This document shows positions 8,045 through 18,051 of a DNA stretch of 35,424 nt, piece after piece. This DNA comes from a virus (Duplodnaviria; Caudoviricetes): IMG/VR virus record IMGVR_UViG_3300033485_000050, positions 1 through 35,424 of that record; one strand, written 5' to 3'. The first letter of the stretch is position 1. Each line of letters starts with the position of its first letter. Position numbers and translations under genes: made by a program. Below the pieces are notes generated by a model. The model saw nothing but the letters and a program-made list of their open reading frames with translations, had not been told where the DNA came from and ran no database searches.

Positions 8045-11000
8045 TTAAACGCTCTTTTTATTCGTGACAGGTAGACGCATGCCATCATTGAATAAGCCAA
8101 CTTCCATTAAGATATTGTTTAATGTATAACCTTCATTATATGGAAGCTCTTGAGCATCTTTAATTCTGATCCTAATAGAGGAACATTTTTGTCTAGAGCA
8201 ATTAACTTGTACAATATATGGAGACCAAGTTCCGCCCCAAGGAGAAGGTTGACCCCAGTTTACTCCAGAGCCCCAGACGTTAATTCCTGCCAAAGAAGTT
8301 GGTTGGAATGAAGCTGTTCTAGTAAAAGCTGGATCGAAGTCATAAGAGACAGAAACATCTAATTCATGAGCGCCACGGTATTGTCCTAAGATAAAAAATC
8401 TAAAGATCGCTTGGTATCCTAAGTTATTAGCTAAAGAGATCCATGGCGTGGTCATTTCCATTGAATATGGTACTGCTTGTTCGGCAACATAACCATCATA
8501 GAAAATAGATTGATTTTGTTGATAAACTGATCCATTAGACTTGGCGAAAGTAAATTCACCATTAAATACCACAGCATCAACTGCGTTATGATTGGTCCAG
8601 GTTGCCCATTGATTAATAAAATAATCAAAAACCATAGCAGGACCATCATAAGTAGTAAAAATAACAGAGTTACTATTAGGATCTAAATTAGATGATGATA
8701 CTTGAAAAGTTTTAGCTTCTGTATCTACTCCAGCGCCAATATACACAGGTTCTCCTAAAGTTCTTGGAAGCATCCAGATTCCTTTGTTTGGAGATTGAAA
8801 CATAATACCAGAAGTAGTTAATAAAATAGAAGCTTGGTTAGCGCAACCAACAGATTGAGAAATTAATTGAGGATCTGGAAAAGGTTGACCTCCTCCTTGA
8901 TCATTAGTTCCTTCGCCATTCATAATAAAGATAGCATTGCGCTTGAAGATAATTAAATTACCATCCATTAATCCTAAACCAGTGATCGGTCCACCTAACT
9001 GGTTGACCGAGATAGTATTAAAAGAAGTAAATTCTATTGGAATAGTGGATGAGTTAGAATTATCTACTTTGTTTTTAGAATACCATAGCAAATTAGGATC
9101 TTCTAGTCCTCCAATTATCACTCTGTTGTTGTACAAGGAGATCATAGAGCAAGATGGTGGCGCAGAATTTGGTAAAAAGCCTCCAGTGGTATAAATTGGT
9201 GCATTGTTAGTGATCTCGACATCGGATAAGGCGTCTGTGAACAAAATATAATTAGTATTTGGATTGTTTTTTAATGGCACCAAATTAGATGTTACTTCTT
9301 GGAAGACCTGAGCATTAACTTGTGTTCTATACACTTTGATAATAACATTATCTTTAGATGTAAGTCTTAAAGAAGGTATAGCAAATTGTACTGCTGCATT
9401 AACTGGAGTAGTTACTTGTAAAGCTGGAGATGGTGTGCTGTATTGTGTCTGACCAAATTTATCATTCCAAGCATAAACAAATTGATATTGATATTGTCCG
9501 GCGGATAAAGCACCTTGACCAGGAAGAACTTCATATAAGAGATCTTCCGGATAAACGTTAAAGTTTTGTTCTACTACTTGAACACCATCATAAGATTGTA
9601 ACAATCCTCCTACATAAAGTAAATTATTAGAGAAAGTAACAGAGTTAAACTTATTAGGATTAGTATAATCAATAATAGTTGAGTTAACACCTGTTAAAGA
9701 GAAAGTAATTAAGTCTTCAGAGACTATTTTATTTTGAGTTAAGTTTGCCCACAAAAAAATACCAGGAGCGATCGTAGCTGTTTCTGATAACATATGGTTA
9801 GTTCTTAATCCTCCTCCAGATCCTGGAGAAACTTTAGAAACAATAGTAAATGGAACGTTAGTTAACAAAGCAGTAAAGTAAGTGTTCTGTAATGGAATGA
9901 TTGGTCCACCAGGAAAATATTGAGTTCCTTGAGATTGATAAGCTAAATTAACATAAATATCTTTACCTTGTTTATATGGTTTAGCCGCCAAACCAACAGA
10001 TAGTAATTGTCCAATAAAATTAGCATTGCCTAATATATCTACTACTTGAGATCGAACTGCCTCATTGGAAGAAATAGCATTATAAACTTCATAAATAATC
10101 TGTAGCGATCCTGCATTAATAGATTCTATTCCTGTCACAATTGGGCTGACTACTGTATCCACCAAAGATGGTGCTTGGATTTGAGCCCAAGTAATAGCAT
10201 CATAAGTAGAAGTATAAACCGCCGCTCCGGTAGACCAAGAAATCCAATTTTGTCCAAATGAATCGGGCACAATACTGACAGATAAGAAATTAGAATTGAC
10301 AATAGCACCAGAAGCTACGGTAGTGGTATTATTGATATTACCATCTGGATCTAAATCAAAAGCAATTACCTGACCTGTTTGATCAATGTAAGTGATATAA
10401 ATTAAATCATTATCTGGTGTACTAGCTAAATTGTTAATACAGACGTCATAAGGAAAACCTTGGTAACCATCTGCGATCAATGGTACTTGAGGAGTAATAA
10501 CGCCTGGGTTATTTGTATTAATAGTTTGATAACATAGAACATTATTAAACGTATAAAACAAATAGATTAATTCGTTAGCCGAGATAAGTTTTGGTTTACT
10601 TGTGCCGCCTGGAATAGCTTGATCGAAAAGAATATAAGAGTTAGTTACATAATCTAGTACAGAGTATCTTAACGGTCCTCTTGAATCTTCATAGGCAAAG
10701 ACTTTTACTTCGTTTAGGAAAGCGCAGTCTGGATTTAATTGTTGGGCGGAAGTAATATCTACAATTTTGTTATTGGTATTGATTAAAGAAATAGCCGGAC
10801 CACGATTAGACCAAGCACCAATAGAATCAATATAAGTATAAACGTTAACGTTATCGAAAAGACAAATTTCACTGTTAAAAGAATCAATGGCTACGGCAGA
10901 AGTAATAGCACCATTGGTCATGATGTTTTTACCTAAAATATCATAACCTGGTCTTTTGTTTAAAGCTCCAACTTTATCAAACTTAGCATTTTGTAATGAA

Positions 11001-11089
11001 GTAAGATTAGGTAGTTGAACTTGTAATGCATCGGTCTTACTTGCAAGACCGCCTTGGAATGAAATTGGTACGGTTTGGGCGTTTAACAT
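8045..11089 (-). CDS. Tail nozzle/hub (T7 gp12 / P22 gp10-like beta-propeller)
   Basis: ~1014 aa, beta-rich; N-terminal FQGGL...LQNAKF, NNRVIIGG...LLWYSK; follows adaptor and fibre genes. Start moved to ATG 11089 with GGAG RBS. Confidence 0.75.
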   Translation of the reverse strand: MLNAQTVPISFQGGLASKTDALQVQLPNLTSLQNAKFDKVGALNKRPGYDILGKNIMTNGAITSAVAIDSFNSEICLFDNVNVYTYIDSIGAWSNRGPAISLINTNNKIVDITSAQQLNPDCAFLNEVKVFAYEDSRGPLRYSVLDYVTNSYILFDQAIPGGTSKPKLISANELIYLFYTFNNVLCYQTINTNNPGVITPQVPLIADGYQGFPYDVCINNLASTPDNDLIYITYIDQTGQVIAFDLDPDGNINNTTTVASGAIVNSNFLSVSIVPDSFGQNWISWSTGAAVYTSTYDAITWAQIQAPSLVDTVVSPIVTGIESINAGSLQIIYEVYNAISSNEAVRSQVVDILGNANFIGQLLSVGLAAKPYKQGKDIYVNLAYQSQGTQYFPGGPIIPLQNTYFTALLTNVPFTIVSKVSPGSGGGLRTNHMLSETATIAPGIFLWANLTQNKIVSEDLITFSLTGVNSTIIDYTNPNKFNSVTFSNNLLYVGGLLQSYDGVQVVEQNFNVYPEDLLYEVLPGQGALSAGQYQYQFVYAWNDKFGQTQYSTPSPALQVTTPVNAAVQFAIPSLRLTSKDNVIIKVYRTQVNAQVFQEVTSNLVPLKNNPNTNYILFTDALSDVEITNNAPIYTTGGFLPNSAPPSCSMISLYNNRVIIGGLEDPNLLWYSKNKVDNSNSSTIPIEFTSFNTISVNQLGGPITGLGLMDGNLIIFKRNAIFIMNGEGTNDQGGGQPFPDPQLISQSVGCANQASILLTTSGIMFQSPNKGIWMLPRTLGEPVYIGAGVDTEAKTFQVSSSNLDPNSNSVIFTTYDGPAMVFDYFINQWATWTNHNAVDAVVFNGEFTFAKSNGSVYQQNQSIFYDGYVAEQAVPYSMEMTTPWISLANNLGYQAIFRFFILGQYRGAHELDVSVSYDFDPAFTRTASFQPTSLAGINVWGSGVNWGQPSPWGGTWSPYIVQVNCSRQKCSSIRIRIKDAQELPYNEGYTLNNILMEVGLFNDGMRLPVTNKKSV

Positions 11090-11190
11090 AATTTCTCCAT
11101 ACAAACTCTTTTACCATCAATTAATTTACAAGTTTGACCAATATAAACTTTATCGTTTACAGTATTTTTAATAATGTATATTGTATTCAT
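11083..11190 (-). pseudogene. Internally deleted GIY-YIG homing endonuclease remnant (35-aa mini-ORF)
   Basis: MNTIYIIKNTVNDKVYIGQTCKLIDGKRVCMEKLC; IY..YIG motif nearly identical to NTINDKVYVGQT of 14124..14660; RBS AAGGA; stop overlaps the nozzle start. Confidence 0.8.
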
Positions 11191-11203
11191 TTATATTCCT
11201 TTC

Positions 11204-12052
11204 TTATGAGATCCAAACAAGTTCTAAATATCCAGGTGAACCATCACCGCCGCCTCTTCCGGAACCTGGTGTTCCGGCTGTAGAAGAGCCTCCAGCTCCA
11301 CCACCACCACCACCAGCACCAAATCCACCCGCTAGTTGACCTGTTTGACCATTTCCAGCCGTACCAGAAACTGAACCTTCTCCACCAGCTCCACCATTGC
11401 CACCAGTAGAAGAAGCATTAATACTACCAGCTCCACCGCCTCCTCCGCCTCCTCCACCGTAAGAGGTAGAGTCATTAGCTCCAGAAACTCCGGCTGTTCC
11501 GCCAGCATTTCCTGAAGCAGAAGCAATACCACCTGATTGGTTAACAGAAACGTTATTAGAATCTTGTTGATGACCATTACCACCGGCACCAGGTTGTTGA
11601 TCTAAAGTGTTGGAATAGTAATAAGCGGCTGATGTACCAGTACGAAATTCTCTCCAGAAACCTTTGGCTGGTAAACCACCCTTAGCATTAATTGAAGAGA
11701 AACCTCCATTACCACCAGCTCCTCCTGTGGCTCCAGCAAAAGTAACGTTGAGACCAAAAGTAGTATCTCCACCATTATTTCCATTAGTAGCTACAGCTCC
11801 GCCAGTTCCGCCAGCGCCTATGGTAATAGTATAAGTATTACCTGGAATAACAGTTTGTAGAACTGTTCTTACAATGGAAGCTGCGCCTCCTCCACCAGAA
11901 TCGGAAGTATAAGAGGCACCTCCGGCACCATTATTTCCACCACCTCCACCACCGCCACCTCCGCAACCAGTTACTTGAACTTGGGTAATGCCTGGAGGAG
12001 CGACCCAAGTGTCGGAAGTTGTATAAATTCTTCGATTAAATCTAGATACCAT
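11204..12052 (-). CDS. Glycine-rich tail fibre/spike-associated protein
   Basis: YTTSDTWVAPPGITQVQVTGCGGGGGGG...TYTITIGAGG...GDGSPGYLELVW, typical of phage Gly-rich (polyglycine II) domains. Confidence 0.8.
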   Translation of the reverse strand: MVSRFNRRIYTTSDTWVAPPGITQVQVTGCGGGGGGGGGNNGAGGASYTSDSGGGGAASIVRTVLQTVIPGNTYTITIGAGGTGGAVATNGNNGGDTTFGLNVTFAGATGGAGGNGGFSSINAKGGLPAKGFWREFRTGTSAAYYYSNTLDQQPGAGGNGHQQDSNNVSVNQSGGIASASGNAGGTAGVSGANDSTSYGGGGGGGGGAGSINASSTGGNGGAGGEGSVSGTAGNGQTGQLAGGFGAGGGGGGAGGSSTAGTPGSGRGGGDGSPGYLELVWIS

Positions 12053-12065
12053 ATTTTTTTCCTTC

Positions 12066-13040
12066 TTAAATCATATACCATCCGGAAGAAGTTGCTACTA
12101 ATGCCACCTCTCCGAAAGGAGTACCGATAACTACGGTAGCGTTTAAACCTTCAATAAAATTAACCCCATTAGGTACAATACTAATTGTATTGGATGAAAA
12201 AGAGGCTGCTCCAGAATCTTTTATAATCAATTTTACTCCTGGAGTTACACTAGAAAGAGCAGGAAGATTAATTGTGATACTGGCAGAAGTAACATTAAGA
12301 ACATATGTAGCATCTTGAGTAATATCCGGCACATTAACAGTAGTGGAAGTAGTAAGTATTGGAGTTGAAATAATAGCGTATCTAAACAACATCCAGTTAC
12401 TAGTTCCATCTGAGACTACGCACAAACCATCAAAATTATTTCTAATAATTGGAGCAGTAGAAGATTGATCAATGGTATTAGCACCATTAGGAGAAACGGT
12501 AATGATATTGGTAGCAGCCGTTCCAGAAGTATCTTTAATTATATAAAATCTACCAGCTCCAACTGCATTAGCTAATGGTAAGGTAACAATAATTGGATTA
12601 GAGGTAGTGTCGCAAGAGATTAAGATAACGTTAGAAGAAGAGTTAATAGCTAAATTATTGGTAATACTGGTTGGAGTATATCCGCCTGTTGGAGCTATTA
12701 AAGAAGAGCCTGAAGTGATTTGAATTGGAGTTCCGGCGCCGTTATTATACCATAAATCTCCATTTAATTCATATACACAACCTATATCTCCGATACCTGA
12801 TAAGGTACGATCTTGATTAGTAAATCTAGTGGAGCGCAAACTGGTAGCATTATTAGATTGAAAAGATAAATCTTCATTAATATCTAATCCAGCGGTAGGT
12901 ACCTGATAACCATCTCCATTAGCTGCCCCGGTATGACGATGACCAGCAATAACATCCAAATCATCTGAAACCTGAACAGCGTATTGCGGTCCTGGTGTAA
13001 TGGTTGGTGTAGGTATAATCAAATTCATGGCATTTGTCAT
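12066..13040 (-). CDS. Tail fibre/appendage protein with duplicated beta domain
   Basis: Two similar domains (DTTSNPIIVTLP..G..YIIKD..N.ITVSPNGANTID / NVTSASITINLP..G..LIIKD..N.ISIVPNGVNFIE). Confidence 0.65.
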   Translation of the reverse strand: MTNAMNLIIPTPTITPGPQYAVQVSDDLDVIAGHRHTGAANGDGYQVPTAGLDINEDLSFQSNNATSLRSTRFTNQDRTLSGIGDIGCVYELNGDLWYNNGAGTPIQITSGSSLIAPTGGYTPTSITNNLAINSSSNVILISCDTTSNPIIVTLPLANAVGAGRFYIIKDTSGTAATNIITVSPNGANTIDQSSTAPIIRNNFDGLCVVSDGTSNWMLFRYAIISTPILTTSTTVNVPDITQDATYVLNVTSASITINLPALSSVTPGVKLIIKDSGAASFSSNTISIVPNGVNFIEGLNATVVIGTPFGEVALVATSSGWYMI

Positions 13041-13051
13041 AGTTTATCCTT

Positions 13052-13402
13052 TTAGTAGACCTGAAGATTGATAGAACAATCAACAGAGGTCCATAACCAT
13101 AATGTTAACTGTGGAGTTGGGTTATTTTCTTGATCGTTAGAAATAATAGCTTGCGGACTAGTTCCTCTTAACATGACATTATATCCTAAGAGTTTTCGCC
13201 CCAAACGATGATTAACTTTATTTACTTGTCCAGCTACCAATTGAATATTGCTTAGATTGCTGGAATCATTTTGTACTTTAACTAATGGATTAATTGCATT
13301 AGCAATATTCTCTTGCATATTATTAATACTTCTGATAATATCAGTGGTAGATAAGGTATCAGTAGCATTTAAGAATAATTTCTTGAGTTTTTGTATAGCC
13401 AT
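13052..13402 (-). CDS. Small tail/fibre adaptor protein
   Basis: ATG 13402 overlaps upstream stop (TAATG); VNHRLGRK motif common in small phage tail proteins. Confidence 0.5.
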   Translation of the reverse strand: MAIQKLKKLFLNATDTLSTTDIIRSINNMQENIANAINPLVKVQNDSSNLSNIQLVAGQVNKVNHRLGRKLLGYNVMLRGTSPQAIISNDQENNPTPQLTLWLWTSVDCSINLQVY

Positions 13403-14127
13403 TAGTACATTCCTAAATTGTTGCCCCAATAGAAATATTGATTTTGGTAGCGAGTATCTGCTACGAATTTAACTCCGCCGGCATCTCTGTTCTTAGCTGC
13501 CGCCATAATTCTTTGTTGGAGAGCAGCTTTCTCTGCCATAAATCCAGATGGATCTATGTTTTGTTTGTTGAAGATTTTGATACAAGCGTCTACAATCGCA
13601 TATTCTGACCATCCTTGCATGTTCATGTAAACTGGAAGAATATCAGTTGTTAAAGTTAGATATTGGAATTTTGGTGTGTACCAGACTTGATAGGTGCCGG
13701 CGCAGTTAGTATTAGGAATGATTTGAATTCCTTGATCCATTAAATTATAAGAAATATTTAATCTGCCCCAAGGTAGAGAAATAACCGACATTGGATTTTG
13801 TTGATTACGTTCTAAGAAATTATATCTTGGAACCGAATACCATAGTGCTGGTTGGGCGGGCGATTGCGATGGTTGATATTGAAAATCCACTCCTCTTAGT
13901 TTTAAAAGAGTAGGAGGAATTGGAAGAATATTAGAGCTAGTATTAGTTGGAATGATGGATTGATAATTAAGCATATGATAATCATCATATTCTGTGGCAA
14001 GAATATCATCTAATTCGCCCAAAGATTGATTAAGATAAAGCATCAACTCATTATCAGTCACAAATTGATTCGCTTCCATATTACTACGTTGCCTAGTATA
14101 TGTTATCATTTGCTGCATACTAGTCAT
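13402..14127 (-). CDS. Head-tail adaptor (tail tubular protein A-like)
   Basis: N-terminal MITYTRQRSNME...TDNELMLYLNQSLGEL helix pair; 241 aa; lies between capsid and nozzle genes. Confidence 0.7.
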   Translation of the reverse strand: MTSMQQMITYTRQRSNMEANQFVTDNELMLYLNQSLGELDDILATEYDDYHMLNYQSIIPTNTSSNILPIPPTLLKLRGVDFQYQPSQSPAQPALWYSVPRYNFLERNQQNPMSVISLPWGRLNISYNLMDQGIQIIPNTNCAGTYQVWYTPKFQYLTLTTDILPVYMNMQGWSEYAIVDACIKIFNKQNIDPSGFMAEKAALQQRIMAAAKNRDAGGVKFVADTRYQNQYFYWGNNLGMY

Positions 14128-14660
14128 TTCTTTTGTCCTTTACAGATACGAGAAATAGTTTTACTGCTACAAGGATAATCTTTAGCAATTTGTTCGTAGG
14201 ATCTTTTATCAGATCTTATTTCTTGTATTTGAGATTCTGTTAAATGTATTGTTTTTGTACTATTTTTTGAAATCTTTATCCTAGTTTCAAAAGAGGTAGC
14301 TTTTCCTTTATTCCAAGCAGATTTACCAATTTTTGCCAAAGACATTTTTAATTTAGTTTCTTCCGAAAATTTACCTCTAGATCCGCCCTCTTTAATATTG
14401 TATCCTGTATTAATGCTATCATAAGTATTAATCCAAAATTTTTCTAAAGCGTCGGCAATTTTTTGATTATCACAGGTAACTAATAATTCTATAGTAAAAT
14501 TATCTCTTCCATATTTATTAATTGCATTTTTTATCTTACTTTTATATGGATGTTTATTACAATGTGCGTAAAATCTTTCCTTCAACGATTGCCATGTTTG
14601 ACCCACATAAACTTTATCATTTATAGTATTAGTTATGAGATAAATACTGCAAACAGTCAT
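14124..14660 (-). CDS. GIY-YIG homing endonuclease with NUMOD3-like repeats and C-terminal HTH
   Basis: IYLITN..KVYVGQT, conserved R, E (ALEKFWI), GYN; SEETKLKMS and SFETRIKIS repeats; YEQIAKDYPCSSKTISRI. Confidence 0.92.
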   Translation of the reverse strand: MTVCSIYLITNTINDKVYVGQTWQSLKERFYAHCNKHPYKSKIKNAINKYGRDNFTIELLVTCDNQKIADALEKFWINTYDSINTGYNIKEGGSRGKFSEETKLKMSLAKIGKSAWNKGKATSFETRIKISKNSTKTIHLTESQIQEIRSDKRSYEQIAKDYPCSSKTISRICKGQKK

Positions 14661-14713
14661 GTTAACGATCCTTCATTGATATTGTTACTTTAATTGTAAA
14701 ATATGCAGATAAT

Positions 14714-14773
14714 AAAAAGCCAGAGATTCGCCTTTAAAGAAAGAAAATAAAAGAAAGGCTGGTCTCTGGCTTT
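14714..14773 (-). terminator. Intrinsic terminator after the capsid operon
   Basis: AAAGCCAGAGA/TCTCTGGCTTT stem plus inner GCCTTT/AAAGGC; T-tract on the minus strand. Confidence 0.7.
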
Positions 14774-14779
14774 AAGTTT

Positions 14780-15046
14780 TTAATATTCGTCTTCTGATTC
14801 TCCTAGATGAGGACCTTCTGCGTGAGGTCTGCGTTCTAGGCAGTCAAAAGCTTCTTCTAACAGATCCGCAACAAGTTCCGGATCTTTGTCGTGAACTGCA
14901 AGAATCAATTCACTGGAAATTTCTTTTAGATAGTCACGGTAAGAATCATCTTCTAATTCTACATCTTCTTTCTTAGAAGATTCCATCTTACCTTTCTTTT
15001 TAAGACCATCTAAAACCGCAATCATTAGTCCTGGTTTTTTTTCCAT
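14780..15046 (-). CDS. Hypothetical acidic protein
   Basis: 88 aa, RBS AAGGAG, within head operon. Confidence 0.6.
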   Translation of the reverse strand: MEKKPGLMIAVLDGLKKKGKMESSKKEDVELEDDSYRDYLKEISSELILAVHDKDPELVADLLEEAFDCLERRPHAEGPHLGESEDEY

Positions 15047-15055
15047 AAGACTCCT

Positions 15056-15478
15056 TTATGCGCTAGATTTTTTCAATCTAAGATTGAAAAAGAAACCACT
15101 ACCCTCTTCTAGATCCGCTTCGGAGCCCGCATCATCAAATACCTGGAAGGTAACTTGTTGACCAACGCCACCAGCTTGTACTGGTAGCACTGAGGAATCT
15201 CCGACTGTAACACTTTGTATCTGAACTATCAAGAAATTAGGAGATGCGCTAGAAGGAACAATAGTTTGTATACTGCATCCTGGTAAAGCATACCAAGCAT
15301 CTTGAAGAACGATACTGTAGTTTCCAGTACCTCCATTTTTTACAATGGAACGGACCACTCCAGACGGTACAGTTGTGAAAACAGGTTGCCCGTATCCATC
15401 GATACTGACTTGACCTTCCACAAACCAGATTCCTGGTCTGTCCGCAAATAGCGTGGTATAACCGTATGAGTTAGCCAT
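15056..15478 (-). CDS. Putative capsid decoration/minor head protein
   Basis: 140-aa beta-rich ORF directly after the capsid gene; GTGNYSIVL motif. Confidence 0.5.
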   Translation of the reverse strand: MANSYGYTTLFADRPGIWFVEGQVSIDGYGQPVFTTVPSGVVRSIVKNGGTGNYSIVLQDAWYALPGCSIQTIVPSSASPNFLIVQIQSVTVGDSSVLPVQAGGVGQQVTFQVFDDAGSEADLEEGSGFFFNLRLKKSSA

Positions 15479-15502
15479 AAAATTCTATTTCCTTTCCTAA
15501 AA

Positions 15503-16819
15503 TTAAGGATTTACCCCGATAACAATGTTTGAACCTGGTTTAATACATACCATAGCTCCGAAGGAATAGAAACGAATTTCCAAACCATCTGCTGTAGCAG
15601 TTCTCATCATATCCAAACCATCAAGGTTCCACAAGGAAACTGGATCTGGTCCAACATGTAAGAAGTTCCAAGTGTCAATATTGATTCCGTACATTCTGTT
15701 AGGAGAACAGTTGTTGTCTGGAATGACTTTAACTGGACCTTGTGCGGTCATTAATTCAACACCAGGAAAGCTTACTTGAGTTTCATCACCTTCACCGATA
15801 GCGACATCGATAATGGTCTTAGCTGCTTGGCTTCTTAGTAATTGAGAGTATTGTCCGAATGGAACGAAGAAGTGGGTTACTTGGTTACGACCCATTCCAC
15901 CACCTTGTTTTGCAACAATGCTGGTTCCTTGAATGAAAGCATCTTCAATGCTTAATTGTGTTCCGTCTAATGATTGTCCAGCTAATCTGGTTGGATCAAC
16001 TGTTCTGTCAACGTTGAAGAACGGAGTAGCTGAAGGTCCACCATATGGTAACCATCCTGCTAAACCTGTAATCTTGGCGTTTTCATCACCTGTTACGAAG
16101 ATACCGTCACCAAGAGCAGCAGTAGGAATACCGTTAGTAGCATCATTAATATCCACATCTGAAGCGGTTTGTGGATTAGGTGTAGTTCCAATTGTTAGAG
16201 TACCATTTACTCTATCTACACCAATAACATACAAACCGTGTCCGGCTGTACCGTATGCTCTAGGAGTTTGTGTACCAACTGGACATAAGTCTAATTGCAT
16301 ACCAACTTCAAATTGCAATGATTGATCAGCAATTGCTAATACTAAAGTGCTAGAAGCTAAATCTGTAGAAGCTCCAACTGTACCTCTGATACCTGTTCCG
16401 TCACCGTAAACAGCTCCACCCATATCACGACCCATGTTGTCTAAACAACCGTCCATTTCAAGAGTTACTGCTTCTACGAAAGCATTTCTGTTTCCGCGAG
16501 TTTGCAATACTACTTGGCTGGAAAGTGTAGAGTATTGATAGTTGGTTACGTTTGGTACCATAAAATCTACTGATTGAGTAGAAGTGTTTTGTCCACCTGC
16601 TTGTGCTGTGGTGAAGATTGCGCTACGACCTTGTGAGGTAGCGTACTTGACTGGCCACAAGAAGTTTCTACCACCAACTGGTGATAAAACGTTTTGTTTC
16701 TTAGTTAAAAGTGCCCAAAGTGGGTTGTCAACGAAAGTTGTGTTAACAACGCCTCCGTCACGGTAATATTCCTTTAGAATTGCATCCAAAGAAACTAATG
16801 TATTTCCAATAGAACTCAT
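15503..16819 (-). CDS. Major capsid protein
   Basis: 438 aa after portal and scaffold; LDAILKEYY N-arm, YGDGTG, central insertion domain, C-terminal beta strands consistent with HK97 fold. Confidence 0.85.
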   Translation of the reverse strand: MSSIGNTLVSLDAILKEYYRDGGVVNTTFVDNPLWALLTKKQNVLSPVGGRNFLWPVKYATSQGRSAIFTTAQAGGQNTSTQSVDFMVPNVTNYQYSTLSSQVVLQTRGNRNAFVEAVTLEMDGCLDNMGRDMGGAVYGDGTGIRGTVGASTDLASSTLVLAIADQSLQFEVGMQLDLCPVGTQTPRAYGTAGHGLYVIGVDRVNGTLTIGTTPNPQTASDVDINDATNGIPTAALGDGIFVTGDENAKITGLAGWLPYGGPSATPFFNVDRTVDPTRLAGQSLDGTQLSIEDAFIQGTSIVAKQGGGMGRNQVTHFFVPFGQYSQLLRSQAAKTIIDVAIGEGDETQVSFPGVELMTAQGPVKVIPDNNCSPNRMYGINIDTWNFLHVGPDPVSLWNLDGLDMMRTATADGLEIRFYSFGAMVCIKPGSNIVIGVNP

Positions 16820-16939
16820 AAAAGTGTTTTCCTTATAAAATGTTTAGTATAAAGTTATTGTCTTTACCTTTGTTTCTGTGGCTTTTATTGTGCAATCCTA
16901 GTAGCCGAGTTCAATCCAAATGTAGAAACATTCAACTTT

Positions 16940-16958
16940 AATATAACATTATTGATAG
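16940..16958 (-). promoter_or_regulatory. Repeated late-promoter-like motif upstream of capsid gene
   Basis: CTATCAATAATGTTATATT; 17/19 identical to 24039-24057 and 16/19 to 22555-22573. Confidence 0.55.
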
Positions 16959-16961
16959 TAA

Positions 16962-18032
16962 TTATTTGCTGCCTAAATTTTTCATAGCACGTAGACGGCG
17001 TGCATGTCTGTCTGACAATGGTAAGTTTCTTTCTGGAACTGCGGTAGAAGATCCAAAAGGAGGAGCGCCAACACCTAGAGAAGATGAAATGGTTGGCGAA
17101 GCTTTCCTGGTAAAATCTTTTCTTTTAATCGTTCCATCTTCTTCAAAAACAGAACGAGAACGAGAACTAGAACTAGATAATTGCTCTGGTCTTTGATATT
17201 CAACTTCTTCATCGCGGAAGAATCTTTTTAATTTATTCATCGAACGAGCTTGTGTTAATTGATCTTCTGCTCGACGTTGCAATTCTTCTTCCATTTGTTC
17301 CACTACATCTTGAGCCTTTAATTCAAAAGAATTAGGATCTCCTCCAGATGCGCAATGATCTTGGAAGGCTTGATTCATTAAATCATACACCAAAGCAGCG
17401 CAGCTATGTTTATCATTTTTGTGAATGAATTCATGGTTTTCATTAATGTGAGGTAAAATGTTATCATTAATGTAAGAGTTTTTCACTCTATTAAATTCTC
17501 TCTCTTGATATTCTCGAGCTTCTTGTGCTTTGCGTTCTTTTTCTTGAGCGCGTTCTTGATCATACTCTTCTAATTTACGCCTAGTTTGTTCCTCAAAAGA
17601 TTCTTCTCTTACAGGAGCCGGATCATCTTGGATGGAATAAGTTTTATTAAAAATCTTTCTTTGAAACTCACCCGGATCCATATTCAAAGCTTTGGCAAGA
17701 ATAGTCGGATCTTCTTTAGCTTGTTGCATTAAAGATGTAAATTGTTCTGTTTCTTTAATTCTTTGTTCAGCCTGTTTTTGCATCTGTATTGCGCGTTCTC
17801 TGATAGAAGCGGCTTCTTTATATTCTTCGCGTCTCTTAGCTCTGCGCTCTTCATCAGAAACCGAAACTTCTTGAGATTGCGAAGAAGTTTCTGCTGACAC
17901 ATCTTCAGCAGGAGCAGATTCTCGGCTAATAGAATCAGCATATTGATTTGGAAGAGTAATTCTTTTTACTTCTCCTGAAGAGACAGTCATATTGCTGCCC
18001 ATTTCTTTCTTGGTAACTCTAATTGTACTCAT
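16962..18032 (-). CDS. Capsid scaffolding protein
   Basis: Highly charged coiled-coil protein between portal and capsid, with basic C-terminal helix. Confidence 0.75.
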   Translation of the reverse strand: MSTIRVTKKEMGSNMTVSSGEVKRITLPNQYADSISRESAPAEDVSAETSSQSQEVSVSDEERRAKRREEYKEAASIRERAIQMQKQAEQRIKETEQFTSLMQQAKEDPTILAKALNMDPGEFQRKIFNKTYSIQDDPAPVREESFEEQTRRKLEEYDQERAQEKERKAQEAREYQEREFNRVKNSYINDNILPHINENHEFIHKNDKHSCAALVYDLMNQAFQDHCASGGDPNSFELKAQDVVEQMEEELQRRAEDQLTQARSMNKLKRFFRDEEVEYQRPEQLSSSSSRSRSVFEEDGTIKRKDFTRKASPTISSSLGVGAPPFGSSTAVPERNLPLSDRHARRLRAMKNLGSK

Positions 18033-18051
18033 AATATTTTATTTCCTTTTC

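Noticed and set aside
14124-14660. Group I intron or intein hosting the homing endonucleases (also 26887..27438)
   Set aside because: Flanking genes look intact, both endonucleases are coupled to a neighbour by an ATGA overlap, and no intron core is apparent, so they are free-standing
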